This document shows, piece after piece, positions 13,736 to 23,818 of a DNA stretch of 64,000 nucleotides. How positions within the stretch are numbered: the stretch's first letter is position 1; each line of letters opens with the position of its first letter. The position numbers and the translations under genes were made by a program. This stretch comes from an uncultured delta proteobacterium (GTDB lineage Bacteria; Myxococcota_A; Polyangia; Fen-1088): assembly GCA_963767925.1 (NCBI GenBank), contig CAVYGB010000002.1, forward strand, positions 1,760,001 to 1,824,000, in the 5' to 3' direction. The notes under the pieces were generated by a model, which saw nothing but the letters and a program-made list of their open reading frames with translations, had not been told where the DNA came from and did not search any database.

Positions 13736-15855
13736 GACCCGGCAGCGGGCGCGTCGGACCTCTTGCGCTCGCCCTCGATGCGCTCGCGCAGGAGATCGAG
13801 CCGCCGGGCGAACCAATCCAGGATGCGGCGGCGGTAGTCCGACAGGTGCAGCTTGAGGATGCCGTCGGACAGCACCACGTCGGGCCGGCGGGCGCGGGCG
13901 GCCCGGCGGCGCAGGTGCAGGCGCCAGCAGAAGCGGAACAGCCGCTCGAGCGGGGAGGCCACCGGCCACAGGGCCAGCTCGCCCAGCCGCTGCAGCAGCG
14001 GGCGGTCCACCGTCGAGCCGGCGGGCGTCTCGGCCGGGCGGAAGCCGGGGAAGAGGTCCTCCACCCAGGGCTGGTTGGCCCGGCAGAAGGCCTGGTAGGT
14101 CTCCTCGCCGCTGATCGGGCGGGCCGATACGAGCTGGTGGGCGGTGAAAAGGTCGTGGTGGTAAGCGATCTGCAGCTCGCCCTCGTCGACAAGGTAGTTG
14201 GGGCAGACGATGCCCCGGGTGCGGGTCAGCCGGGTGGCGGCGAACAGCAGGGCGTAGACCGTGAAGGCGTGCTTGCGGGCGGTGATGACGAACAGGTCGA
14301 TGTCCGGCTTGGCGCCCGGGTTCTGGTGGGCGGTCCCGCCGGAGAAGGCGAGCATCCGCACGAAGGGCAGGGCGGCCAGCAGCCCGAGGGTGCGCTGGTG
14401 GCGCTCGATGAGCGACGAGGTGCGGCTGACGCCCTCCTGGCGGCGGGCGATCAGCTCCTCGCGATCGGCGAGCACGAGCTGGCCGCTGGGATGCAAGGTC
14501 AGGTGGTCGGCCAGCTCGGGCGAGCGGGCCAGCCGGATCACCTCGTCCTCCTCGAGGACGGCGCTGATGCAGGCCCGGGCGGCGTCCTCGACCGAGAGGG
14601 GCGCCTGGAACAGATCGGCGTAGGCCACCGTCGCCAGCAGGGCCCACTGCCGGGCGTCGATCCCGCGGGGCGGCCGCCCCAGGGGGAAGGTCGGCGAGGA
14701 GACGTCGGTGACCTCGGCGGCGGCGGCGGTCGGACGGGGACCGCGCAGCCGGGAGGCCCCGGTCTCGCGGGCCAGGCGCCACAGCTTCTCGGCGGTGCGG
14801 GTCCAGGAGAAGGCCCGGGCCCGCTGGCGGCCGCGCTCGCGCGCCAGCCGGGCCGCCTCGGGGTTCGAGAGCAGGCCGGCGATGGCGGCGGCGAGCTGCT
14901 CGGGCTCACCCGGCGGCACCAGGTGGGCGGCGTCGCCCGCCACCTCCCGCAGCGCGGGCACGTCCGAGGCGACCACCGGGGCGCCGCAGGCCATCGCCTC
15001 GAGCACCGGCAGGCCGAAGCCCTCCAGGCGCGAGGGGTAGACGAACAGCTCGGCCCCCGCGTAGAGGGCCACCAGGTCGCGCTCGCCCACGTAGCCCAGC
15101 CAGCGCACGCGCCCGAGGGCCTGGCGGGCGCCGAGCGCGCGCACGAGGCTCCGGTCTTGCCAGCCGCGGCCGCCCACCACCACGAGGTCGAGGTCGGGGC
15201 GGTCTTTCAGCCGATCGAAGGAGTCGAGCAGGGTGAGCAGGTTCTTGCGCGGCTCGAGGGTGCCGACGGTGAGCACGTAGGGCCGTTCGAGCTGGTGGGT
15301 GCGGCGCACGGCGGCCACCGCCTCGGCGGGGATGTCGCCGCAGAAGGGGTGGGCGGCCCCGGGCAGCAGGGCGATCCGCTCGGGCGGGATGCCCAGCAGC
15401 TCGACGATGTCCTTCTGCGAGGCCTGCGAGACGGTGGCGATCATCGCGGCGGCGTCGACCGACCGCCGCAGCAGGGGGCGCATCAGCAGCCGCTTGCGCA
15501 CGGTGAACAGCTCGGGCATGCGCAGCAGGGCCAGGTCGTGCACGAAGCTGATGGTCGGGCAGGGGGAGGCGAGCGGGACGATGTAGTTGGGGAAGGCGGC
15601 CACGTCGGCCCCGCAGGCGTCGAGCAGGCGGGGGGCGTCGACCTGCATCCAGGCGGCCCGGATCCGGTTGCCCTCGACCCGCAGGTGGGGCGCCCAGCGC
15701 TGGGCCAGCTCGGGGTCGGGCGCCCGGTTCGACAGCAGGACCAGCTCGTCCTCGGGGGGGCGGGTGGCCAGCAGGGCGTCCACCAGGTGCTCGGTGTAGT
15801 AGCCGATGCCGGTGCGCAGGGCGGTGCAGGTTGTGACTTCGACGGCTAATCGCAA
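13732..15855 (-). CDS. GT4 glycosyltransferase fused to nucleotidyltransferase-like domain
   Basis: GTLEPRKN, EGFGLPVLEAMACG; C-terminal FSGGTAH...PDIDLFVIT. Confidence 0.85.
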   Translation of the reverse strand: MRLAVEVTTCTALRTGIGYYTEHLVDALLATRPPEDELVLLSNRAPDPELAQRWAPHLRVEGNRIRAAWMQVDAPRLLDACGADVAAFPNYIVPLASPCPTISFVHDLALLRMPELFTVRKRLLMRPLLRRSVDAAAMIATVSQASQKDIVELLGIPPERIALLPGAAHPFCGDIPAEAVAAVRRTHQLERPYVLTVGTLEPRKNLLTLLDSFDRLKDRPDLDLVVVGGRGWQDRSLVRALGARQALGRVRWLGYVGERDLVALYAGAELFVYPSRLEGFGLPVLEAMACGAPVVASDVPALREVAGDAAHLVPPGEPEQLAAAIAGLLSNPEAARLARERGRQRARAFSWTRTAEKLWRLARETGASRLRGPRPTAAAAEVTDVSSPTFPLGRPPRGIDARQWALLATVAYADLFQAPLSVEDAARACISAVLEEDEVIRLARSPELADHLTLHPSGQLVLADREELIARRQEGVSRTSSLIERHQRTLGLLAALPFVRMLAFSGGTAHQNPGAKPDIDLFVITARKHAFTVYALLFAATRLTRTRGIVCPNYLVDEGELQIAYHHDLFTAHQLVSARPISGEETYQAFCRANQPWVEDLFPGFRPAETPAGSTVDRPLLQRLGELALWPVASPLERLFRFCWRLHLRRRAARARRPDVVLSDGILKLHLSDYRRRILDWFARRLDLLRERIEGERKRSDAPAAGS

Positions 15856-15909
15856 GGGGATATGACTCGACGGGAATCGCGCTCGCGCGGCTCATGCATA
15901 ATCGGCTGC

Positions 15910-17706
15910 ATGCCCGCTGGAGGCAAGGGTCGGGCAGAGAACGCGTCGCAGGCTGTCGAGGCCGCCGGGCGCGGGCTGCTGCTGGCGCTGCCGCTCGTGT
16001 TGCCCTTCGAGGTGCCGCTGTTCCGCCTGGGGCCGCTGGTCATCACCAGCGCCGAGCTGGTGCTGTATGCCCTGCTGGCGGCGTGGGGCGCGGGGCGCGT
16101 CAGCGCGCTCCGGCGGGGGGCCCGCTGGCGCGATCTCTTGCCGCCCGATCGCCTGGGGCGCGCGGTGGCGCTGTGGCTGGCGGTGGTGCTCGTGTCGGCG
16201 CTGCTGGCCCCGACCTTCCAGGCGGAGGCGGGCAAGAGCGGGCTGCGCGCGCTGGCCGCCGGGCTGCTCTTCTTCGCGGCGAGCGACGGCTTGCGGCGGT
16301 CGGGGCAGGCCCGCCGGGTCGTGCTGGCGGTGGTGGCCGGTGGGCTGCTGTCGGCGCTCTTCGCCCTGCTGGAGCTGTGGGTGCCGAGCTCGGCGCCGCT
16401 GTGGCGGCCGTTCCATGCCACCGGCTTTTCCGCCCTGGGCCTGACCCGGGCCAGCGGCAGCTTCGCCTACCCCACCATCGCCGCGATGTACTGGGAGGCG
16501 GCTCTGCCCCTGGTGGCGGCGCTGGCCTGGACCGGCTCGGCGCCGGCGCCGGCACCCGCCGGCAAGGTCGGCGAGCGGCGGCGGGGGGCCCTGGCGGCGG
16601 CGGTGGCCACCTTGCTCGTCGCCGCCATCCTGGCCAGCGCGACGCGCGCCGCCCTGGTGGGCGCGGCCCTGGCGAGCGCGGCGATGGTGATCGCGAGCTG
16701 GCGGGCGGGCACCGGCGTGCGCCTCGCCGCGGGCGGCAGCCTGGCGGCGGTGCTGGTCCTGCTGGCGGTCACGCTGGCGCCGGCGGGGGCGGGGTCGCTG
16801 TCCGGCCAAAGGCTGCGCTTCTGGAACGACGATGCCTGGTACCGCGCCCGCTACCAGGTCCCGCCCGGGCCTCTGGTGGTGCAGGCCGGTGAGGAGCTGG
16901 AGATCGCCGTCACCGTCACCAACACCGGCACGCTCACCTGGCCGGCGACGGGCCGCCAGCCGGTGCACCTGAGCCACCACTGGGAGACAACCACCGCCGC
17001 GGGGCAGCCGCGCCTGGAGTTCGAGGGGCAGCGCACGTTCTTGCCCCGCGATGTCGCGCCAGGTGAGGGAGTCGCCCTGGCCGGCCAGGCGCGGGCGCCG
17101 GTCGCGCCGGGCCGTTACCGGCTGCGCTGGGACCTCGTGCGCGAGCACGTCACCTGGTTCAGCCAGCGGGGCGTCCCCACCGGGGATCAGGCGGTCGAGG
17201 TGCGGCCCGCCACCGGCGTCCGCCCGGCCCGGCGCCCCCCGCGGGTTGTCGCCGCCCGCCTGGAGGACTGGCTGGCCAGCGATCTGCCCGGCCGCCCCGA
17301 GCTGTGGCGGGCGGCGGTCGAGCTGTGGCGGCGCCACCCCGTGCTCGGCGTCGGCCTCGACAACTTCCGCCGCCGCTACCCGGAGGTGATCGCCCCCGCC
17401 ACCCCCGGCCGCCGCTACCGGGAGCTGCGGCTGCACGCCAACAACCTGTACCTCGAGACCCTGGCCGGCCTGGGCCTGGTGGGGCTGCTGGCGCTGGCTT
17501 ACCTCGGCGTCGCGCTGGTCGGCGTGCTGCGCGCCCGTCTGGCGGCGGGCGATCTGCTGGCGGTGGCGGCGGCGGTGGGCGCGGGCACCTACTTCGTGCA
17601 CGGCCTGCTCGACTACTTCTTCACCTTCACGCCCACCCTGGGCCTGTGGTGGATCCTGCTGGCGCTGGCCCGCGACCGGCCCGAGCCCCTGCGCTCAGCC
17701 GGCTGA
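15910..17706 (+). CDS. O-antigen ligase family protein with inserted Ig-like domain
   Basis: RASGSFAYP, ATRAA, PVLGVGLDNF, HANNLYLETLAGLG; insert VTNTGTLTWP...LSHHW...PGRYRLRWDLV. Confidence 0.85.
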   Translation: MPAGGKGRAENASQAVEAAGRGLLLALPLVLPFEVPLFRLGPLVITSAELVLYALLAAWGAGRVSALRRGARWRDLLPPDRLGRAVALWLAVVLVSALLAPTFQAEAGKSGLRALAAGLLFFAASDGLRRSGQARRVVLAVVAGGLLSALFALLELWVPSSAPLWRPFHATGFSALGLTRASGSFAYPTIAAMYWEAALPLVAALAWTGSAPAPAPAGKVGERRRGALAAAVATLLVAAILASATRAALVGAALASAAMVIASWRAGTGVRLAAGGSLAAVLVLLAVTLAPAGAGSLSGQRLRFWNDDAWYRARYQVPPGPLVVQAGEELEIAVTVTNTGTLTWPATGRQPVHLSHHWETTTAAGQPRLEFEGQRTFLPRDVAPGEGVALAGQARAPVAPGRYRLRWDLVREHVTWFSQRGVPTGDQAVEVRPATGVRPARRPPRVVAARLEDWLASDLPGRPELWRAAVELWRRHPVLGVGLDNFRRRYPEVIAPATPGRRYRELRLHANNLYLETLAGLGLVGLLALAYLGVALVGVLRARLAAGDLLAVAAAVGAGTYFVHGLLDYFFTFTPTLGLWWILLALARDRPEPLRSAG

Positions 17707-19497
17707 AAAGATGATGGCGGTCTCCGCCGGCAGCTCGGCCAGCGCGGTCGGCGCCGCGGGCGCGGCCTGCCGCTGGTCGGAGCGGAAGAGGACGCGCCAG
17801 GTTTGGGGGTCGAAGGGGAGATCGGCGGCGGCCACCGGCGCGCGGGAGAGGTTGAGCGCCAGCAGGCGCTGGCCCCGGGCGGTGGTGCAGCGAACGACGA
17901 GCAGGGGATCGCGGCCCTCGAGGTGAAGGTCGCCCCGGCCCGCCTCCCGCAGCACCGGATCCTGGCGGCGCAGGGCGAGCAGCGTGCGGTGCACCGCCAG
18001 GACGCGGGCGTGGCGGGGCTCGTCCCGCTCGGACCAGCGCAGCCGGGAGCGGGTGAAGGTTTCGAGGGCCTGCGGGTCGGGGATGGCGTCGCGCCGGTCG
18101 GGTGAGCTGAAGCCGGTGAAGTGCTTGAACTCCTGGCGGCGGCCCTCGGAGATCAAGGGGCCCAGCGCCTCGTCGTGGTCGGTGAAGAACTGGAAGGGGG
18201 TGGAGGCCGCCCACTCCTGCCCCATGAACAGCAGGGGGGTCATGGGCAGGTACAGCAGCAGCGTGCTGGCCGCGCAGAAGGCGTCCTCGCTGATCGCGTG
18301 GGCCAGCCGGTCGCCCAGGGGGCGGTTGCCGACCTGGTCGTGGTTCTGGATGCAATAGACGAAGGCCTGCGCGGGCAGCTCGGGGGCGGGCTTGCCCCGG
18401 GGCTTGCCACCGGGGGCGCAGGGCTGCCCGGTGAAGAGCCAGCCCGAGCGGACGGCCTCGGCCAGGTCCGCCATGCCCCCCTGGAAGCTGGCGAAGTAGC
18501 CGTCGCGCTCGCCGGTGAGGCTGACCCGCACGGCGTGGTGGAAGTCGTCGGCCCAGACGGCGTCGAGGCCCACCTGCGAGACCAGGGCCCCGTCGTTGCG
18601 GTCGTCCTCGGCCATGAGCAGCTTGCGCGGCTGCAGCTCGCCCACCCGCTCGGCCAGCTCGGCGAGGATGTGGCGGGGGGAGGGGTCGACCATGGCGTGG
18701 GTGGCGTCGAGGCGGAGCCCGTCGAAACGAAACTCGCGCAGCCAGTAGCGGGCGTTGTCGATCACCAGGCGGCGCATCGGCGCGCGCGCGAAGTCGGGCG
18801 CGTCGCCCCAGTTGTTCTTCAGCTCGCGGGTGAAGTAGTCGGGGCTGTACGAGGCGAGGTAGTTGCCCGCGGGGCCGAAGTGGTTGTAGACGACGTCGAG
18901 CAGCACCACCAGGCCCAGGTGGTGGGCCTCGTCGATGAAGGCCCGCAGCTCGTCGGGCGGTCCGTAGGGGGCGAACGGGGCGAAGGGGGCCACGCCGTCG
19001 TAGCCCCAGCCCCGGCTGCCGGCGAAGGCGTTGAGCGGCATCAGCTCGACGGTGGTGATCCCCAGGTCGGCGAGCTCGGCCAGGTGGGCCTGGGCGGCCC
19101 GGTAGGTCCCCTCCTCGGTGAAGGTCCCCACGTGCAGCTCGTAGATCACCTGCTCGCGCAGCGGGCGCCAGACGCCGTCGCCGTGTCGCCAGGTGTGGTG
19201 GGGCAACACGACCATCGCCGGCCCGTGCACCCCGTCGGGCAAGAAGCGGGCGTAGGGATCGGGCAGCTCCCGGTTGGCCAGGACGAACTTGTAGCGGGTG
19301 CCATGGCCCAGGCCGGGCAGGGCGGTTTGGTGCAGCCCGTCGCCAGCCGCCTGCAAGGCGTGCGTCGCCAGGACGTTGCCGGCGCCATCGAAGAGGCGCA
19401 CCGACCAGGGGCCGTGGGCGCTGTACAGCCGGAACACGAGGTGGCCATCCTCCACGTGGGCGCCGAGGGGAGGCGGGTCGGTCGGGCTGGTGGTCAA
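17695..19497 (-). CDS. treZ: Malto-oligosyltrehalose trehalohydrolase (GH13)
   Basis: YELHVGTFT, WGYDGV, DVVYNHFGP, GLRLDATH, QNHDQVGNR, FMGQEWAASTPFQFFTDH; start uncertain (19497 or 19629). Confidence 0.92.
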   Translation of the reverse strand: MTTSPTDPPPLGAHVEDGHLVFRLYSAHGPWSVRLFDGAGNVLATHALQAAGDGLHQTALPGLGHGTRYKFVLANRELPDPYARFLPDGVHGPAMVVLPHHTWRHGDGVWRPLREQVIYELHVGTFTEEGTYRAAQAHLAELADLGITTVELMPLNAFAGSRGWGYDGVAPFAPFAPYGPPDELRAFIDEAHHLGLVVLLDVVYNHFGPAGNYLASYSPDYFTRELKNNWGDAPDFARAPMRRLVIDNARYWLREFRFDGLRLDATHAMVDPSPRHILAELAERVGELQPRKLLMAEDDRNDGALVSQVGLDAVWADDFHHAVRVSLTGERDGYFASFQGGMADLAEAVRSGWLFTGQPCAPGGKPRGKPAPELPAQAFVYCIQNHDQVGNRPLGDRLAHAISEDAFCAASTLLLYLPMTPLLFMGQEWAASTPFQFFTDHDEALGPLISEGRRQEFKHFTGFSSPDRRDAIPDPQALETFTRSRLRWSERDEPRHARVLAVHRTLLALRRQDPVLREAGRGDLHLEGRDPLLVVRCTTARGQRLLALNLSRAPVAAADLPFDPQTWRVLFRSDQRQAAPAAPTALAELPAETAIIFSAG

Positions 19498-19647
19498 TCG
19501 GAGGGCAGGGCCGTGTCGCAGCGCCGGTGTCACCCCCACACGATGGGGGAGAGCGACGGGATTACAAGCCGGATCGACCCGGGGTGCATGGGGTGGGAAT
19601 GACGGGAAGATCCCCTCAGAAACCTGCACCGCGACAGAGTCGCGGCA

Positions 19648-20556
19648 TCAGAGCATTCTCCACTTCAGGTGCTGGGCGGCGGGTTTGGCCTGCAGGTCGG
19701 CGGTGAGCACGGGGACGTCCTCCAGGGTCCACAGCCGGAAGCCGCCCCGGAAGGCGGTCTGGTTGTGCCCCAGGCGCATCCCGTGGGGGAGGTCGCGCAG
19801 CTTCTTGGCGTTGCCGCCGCCGATGACGAGGTAGTCCGCGAGGAAGGCCTTCATCAGGCTGGCGGCGGCGGTGGCGACGTTCTTCTTCCAGGCGCGCACG
19901 CCGGCCTTCTCGAGGCCGGCGGCCGAGAGCATGTCGCCCAGGGTCTGCTCGTCGCTCCCCTTCCAGGCGAGATCGCCGAGCTCGAGCGAGATGATGGTGT
20001 GGTCGGCGATGAGGGCCGAGCCGAGGCCGGTGCCCAGGCCCAGGAACAACATGCGTCCCCCGTCGTAGCTGCCGAGCGCCTGCATGGCGGCGTCGTTGGC
20101 CACCTTGACCGGACGGTCGAAGGCGGCGGCGAAGTCGAAGCCGACCCAGCCCTTGCCGAGGTTACCCGGCTCGCAGCGGGGGCCGGTCGGGCCGGTGAGC
20201 CCGGGGAAGCCGACCGTCACGGCGTCGTATTTCCAGTCCTTGGCCAGCCGCTCGACCTCCGCCACCAGCTTGGCCGGGGTGAGCTTCTTGCCCGAGGGGG
20301 TCCGGCGCGGCTCGGTCTCTCCACTGACCAGGACCTTCAGGTACGAGCCGCCGACATCGACGACGAGGATCTTCTCGGGGTGCTCGTCGGGGCGTTCGGC
20401 CGCAGGTCTGCGACCATTGGCGGGCTTGCGGCCGCTGGCGGGCTTGCGGCCGTTGGCAGGCTTGCGGCGGTCGGCTGGCTCACGGATTGGCACCTGCCCT
20501 TCAAGGTAGGCCCGATCTGTTACGGGCGCCACCTCCCGGGCGCGATCGGTTGTCAC
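19648..20556 (-). CDS. ROK-family sugar kinase (polyphosphate glucokinase-like)
   Basis: VDVGGS, NDAAMQALG, LGLGTGLGS, GGGN. Confidence 0.85.
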   Translation of the reverse strand: MTTDRAREVAPVTDRAYLEGQVPIREPADRRKPANGRKPASGRKPANGRRPAAERPDEHPEKILVVDVGGSYLKVLVSGETEPRRTPSGKKLTPAKLVAEVERLAKDWKYDAVTVGFPGLTGPTGPRCEPGNLGKGWVGFDFAAAFDRPVKVANDAAMQALGSYDGGRMLFLGLGTGLGSALIADHTIISLELGDLAWKGSDEQTLGDMLSAAGLEKAGVRAWKKNVATAAASLMKAFLADYLVIGGGNAKKLRDLPHGMRLGHNQTAFRGGFRLWTLEDVPVLTADLQAKPAAQHLKWRML

Positions 20557-20599
20557 CTCCGGCTCGGTGCCCGTCGCGCGTCGGGCGGGCCCGCTCCCT

Positions 20600-21322
20600 T
20601 CACCCCCGGCGGGTGTCGTTCCAGACGGTGCCGACCGTGCGCAGCAGGATGCGCAGGTCGAGCAGCAGGCTCCAGGAGGCGACGTACTCCAGATCGAGGC
20701 GCACGCGATCGGTGATGTAGCCGGCGCTCGGCAGCGGGTTGACGGCGCCGGCGCCCAGCGCGGCGGGGGCGGGGCTCCGGGCCGCCTCGGCGTGAGCCGG
20801 GTTGCGGTCGCCGCGCAGGCCGTTGACCTGGGCCCAGCCGGTGATCCCGGGGCGCATGAGGTGGCGGGCCCAGTACCAGGGGATCTCGCGCTGCCAGCGG
20901 GGCACGCGGTCGAGCACCTCGGGTCGCGGGCCGATCAGGCTCATGTGGCCGGTGAGCACGTGCCAGAGCTGGGGCAGCTCGTCGAGGCCGGTGGGGCGCA
21001 GCAGCCGGCCGAGGCGGGTGACCCGACCCTGCTGGTCCATGGTGCGCAGCTTGCTGATCACGAAGGGGCGCTGGCGGTGGCCCATGCGCGGCTGCCGGTA
21101 GAGGGCGGGGCCGCGCGACTCGAGGCGGATGAGCAGCGCCAGCAGCAGCAGGAGCGGGCCGGTCAGCAGCAGGAACAGCGACGAGACGGCGATGTCGACG
21201 GTGCGCTTGATGGCCCGGGCCAGCAGGGGATGGGCGGCGACCAGCCGCTCGAGGTGGGCGGTGTCGACGCCGGGGCGCTCGCCGGGCCGCTCGGGCCGGC
21301 GCTGCAAGGCGGTGCGGGTCAT
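20600..21322 (-). CDS. Priming sugar transferase (WcaJ/WbaP C-terminal type)
   Basis: KRTVD, KLRTM, LDELPQLW, MSLIGPRPE, PGITGWAQVNG, LDLEY...WSLLLDLRIL. Confidence 0.92.
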   Translation of the reverse strand: MTRTALQRRPERPGERPGVDTAHLERLVAAHPLLARAIKRTVDIAVSSLFLLLTGPLLLLLALLIRLESRGPALYRQPRMGHRQRPFVISKLRTMDQQGRVTRLGRLLRPTGLDELPQLWHVLTGHMSLIGPRPEVLDRVPRWQREIPWYWARHLMRPGITGWAQVNGLRGDRNPAHAEAARSPAPAALGAGAVNPLPSAGYITDRVRLDLEYVASWSLLLDLRILLRTVGTVWNDTRRG

Positions 21323-22518
21323 GCCGCGCGCTCCACCGCAGCCGGCTGGCGGGCCTGCCAGGCCTGCTCGACGACGCCGAGGAAGTCGCGCCGGAAGGCC
21401 ATGCGCCCGTAGCGGCGGGCCTGGGCCTGCAGGCGGGCCGGGTCGAAGCGGCCGGGCAGGGTGGGCAGGCGGTCGAGGGCGGCGCGGATGCCCGCCACGG
21501 TGGGGGGAAACAGGATGCCGGTGTCGTCGGCGGCGAGGATCTCGGCCGCCCCGCCCTCGGCGGCGGCCAGCACCGGCTTGCCGGCGGCCAGGGCCTCGAC
21601 CATCACCATGCCGAAGTCGTCGAGCCCCGGGTGCAGCAGGGCCCGGCAGCCCCGGTAGAGCTGGTCGAGCCGCTCGTCGCTGACCCAGCCCTCGAACGAG
21701 ACGTTGGGGCCGGCGAGCTGCTGCAGGCGGGCCCGGTACGATCCCTCGCCGACGATCACCAGGCGCTCGGGGCGGCCGGCGAAGGCGGCGACGGCGAGGT
21801 CGAGCCGCTTGTAGGGGACCAGCGCGGAGACGACGAGGAAGGGGGAGTCGGAGGAGGGAGCGGCGCCGGCGGGCGGCTCGCTGCTGCGCTCGAAGCGGGC
21901 GGTGTCGACCGGCGGCGGGATCACGGCGGCCTCCCGGTGGTAGTGGCGCAAGATGCGGTCGCGGGTGTAGCGGCTGTTGGCCACCAGGAGGTGGGGGCGG
22001 GTGGCGGCGCGATCGTCCCAGCGGCGAAGGTAGCGGGCCAGGCCGCGGAACAGCAGGCGGCCGGCCAGGCCGCCGGGGACGCCCGCCTCGTAGACCGGCT
22101 GGGCCTCGCGCACGTAGCGCATGGGCGAGTGGACGTAGGCGACGTGCAGGGCGGTCGGCGGGGCCAGCGCGCCGAGGGCGACGCAGTGGCTGCTGGAGAT
22201 GACGAGCTGGTAGCGATCGAGCCGGAACGACTCCATGGCCAGCGGGAACAGCGGCAGCAGCGGGCGGAAGCGGCCGCGCAGCAGCGGGGTACGCGCGAGC
22301 CGATCGATGAAGGAGGTGGTGACGTTGCGGCGGGCCAGGGTCGGCGACAGCCGGGCGCGGTCACAGCGCAGCGTGAAGACGTCGGCCTGGGGGAACAGCT
22401 CGCACAGGGCCTCGAGGACGCGCTCTCCGCCTCGCATCGACGTGAGCCAGTCGTGTACGAGAGCGACAGAGCCGAACATCTCAGGGGCGCACGGTACCAC
22501 GTCGAGCCGCTCAAGCAT
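21319..22518 (-). CDS. GT4 glycosyltransferase
   Basis: VALVHDWLTSMRGGERVL, HSPMRY, LVPYKR, DDFGMVMVEALAAG; start 22518 or 22479. Confidence 0.9.
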   Translation of the reverse strand: MLERLDVVPCAPEMFGSVALVHDWLTSMRGGERVLEALCELFPQADVFTLRCDRARLSPTLARRNVTTSFIDRLARTPLLRGRFRPLLPLFPLAMESFRLDRYQLVISSSHCVALGALAPPTALHVAYVHSPMRYVREAQPVYEAGVPGGLAGRLLFRGLARYLRRWDDRAATRPHLLVANSRYTRDRILRHYHREAAVIPPPVDTARFERSSEPPAGAAPSSDSPFLVVSALVPYKRLDLAVAAFAGRPERLVIVGEGSYRARLQQLAGPNVSFEGWVSDERLDQLYRGCRALLHPGLDDFGMVMVEALAAGKPVLAAAEGGAAEILAADDTGILFPPTVAGIRAALDRLPTLPGRFDPARLQAQARRYGRMAFRRDFLGVVEQAWQARQPAAVERAA

Positions 22519-22538
22519 GTCGGATTTGGCAAGATCGG

Positions 22539-23759
22539 CTACGTATTTGGTGGCGGGAACGATGTCGACGAGCCTGCGGGGCCCCGAGGTCTGACGCGTC
22601 CTTCTGCGGCTGCGCGGTAGATGGCGAGGACGCGTGCGCCGAGGGCGGGCCAGCTCAGCGCGCGGGCGAAGTGGGCCCGCACCTCCGCGCGCTGCGCGGG
22701 GCCGTTCGCGCGCACAGTGGCGGCGGCGGCCAGCAGGGCGCGCGCGCACGCCGCGACGTCGCCGGGAGGAAACCGCGCGCCGAGCGCGTCGGTGAGCGCG
22801 CGGAACGCGGGGATGTCGGTCACCACCGGCGTGACGCCGAAGGCGAGGGCCTCGATGAGGGCGTAGCCGCTTCCCTCGTGGTGGCTGCCCAGCACGAACA
22901 GATCGGCGCTGGCGTACAGCGCGGGGAGGGCGGCGGGGGCGAGCGCGCCGAGCAGGTGCACGCGCTCGGCCAGCGCGGGGGCGGCGGCGAGGCGGGCGCG
23001 CACGCGGGGCAAGAGCGCGTCGGCCCCGAAGACCATGGTCAGCGCGGCGCCGGGCAGGGCGGGGAGGGCGCGCTCGAACGCGGCCAGCACGGTCAGCGGA
23101 TCTTTGTTGGCGTCGAGGCGCCCGACCCAGAGCAGGGCGGGGCGGCCCGGCGTGCGGGCGTCGCCCGGGCGAGGCGGGGAGGCGGCCAGGTCGGTGCTGC
23201 TCTCGGGCACGGCGTGGACGGGCTGGGTCGGGGCGAGGATGCCGGCGTCGCGCCAGGGACGGGCCAGCTCCGCCGCGGAGAAAAGCAGGCCGTCGGCGCC
23301 GCGCAGCCCGAACCGATGCAGGGCCCGCCAGGTTGGCCGGCGGAACCCGGGCGACCCGGCGTGGATCCCGCCGTGGTCCTGCACCAGCAGCGGCGTGGCC
23401 GCCGGCAGCCAGGCGCGCAGCAGCCGCACCTGCAGCGGGTAGACGAGGCCGTGCACGTGCACGACGGAGGGGGCCAGGGCGGCCACCGCCTCGACAACCC
23501 GCAGGCTCCACCACCAGGCCGGCGGCTGCGGCACCGGCGCGTCCGGCACGAAGTGGTAGTCGACGCCGCCGCGGCGGAAGGTGGCGGCTCGTTCGAACCG
23601 TTGCACCACCGCCACCGGTCCGCCGGCGGCGCCGGCCACCGCCCGGGCCCAGCCCTCGAGGGTGCGGTAGCGGGCCAGCAGCGCCTCCGGATCGCGGTCG
23701 CGCGCCAACTCTGGTGCAACGTCCGGCCCAACGTAAGGGTAGTTGACGAAGACGATCAC
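22539..23759 (-). CDS. GT4 glycosyltransferase
   Basis: WVGRLDANKDP, SHHEGSGYALIEALAFG, TDIPAF. Confidence 0.9.
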   Translation of the reverse strand: MIVFVNYPYVGPDVAPELARDRDPEALLARYRTLEGWARAVAGAAGGPVAVVQRFERAATFRRGGVDYHFVPDAPVPQPPAWWWSLRVVEAVAALAPSVVHVHGLVYPLQVRLLRAWLPAATPLLVQDHGGIHAGSPGFRRPTWRALHRFGLRGADGLLFSAAELARPWRDAGILAPTQPVHAVPESSTDLAASPPRPGDARTPGRPALLWVGRLDANKDPLTVLAAFERALPALPGAALTMVFGADALLPRVRARLAAAPALAERVHLLGALAPAALPALYASADLFVLGSHHEGSGYALIEALAFGVTPVVTDIPAFRALTDALGARFPPGDVAACARALLAAAATVRANGPAQRAEVRAHFARALSWPALGARVLAIYRAAAEGRVRPRGPAGSSTSFPPPNT

Positions 23760-23818
23760 GGGCTAGCGCTCCCCGGGGTGAAAGTAGCCCTTTACCGGCG
23801 CGACCCCGGCAGGTTCTG

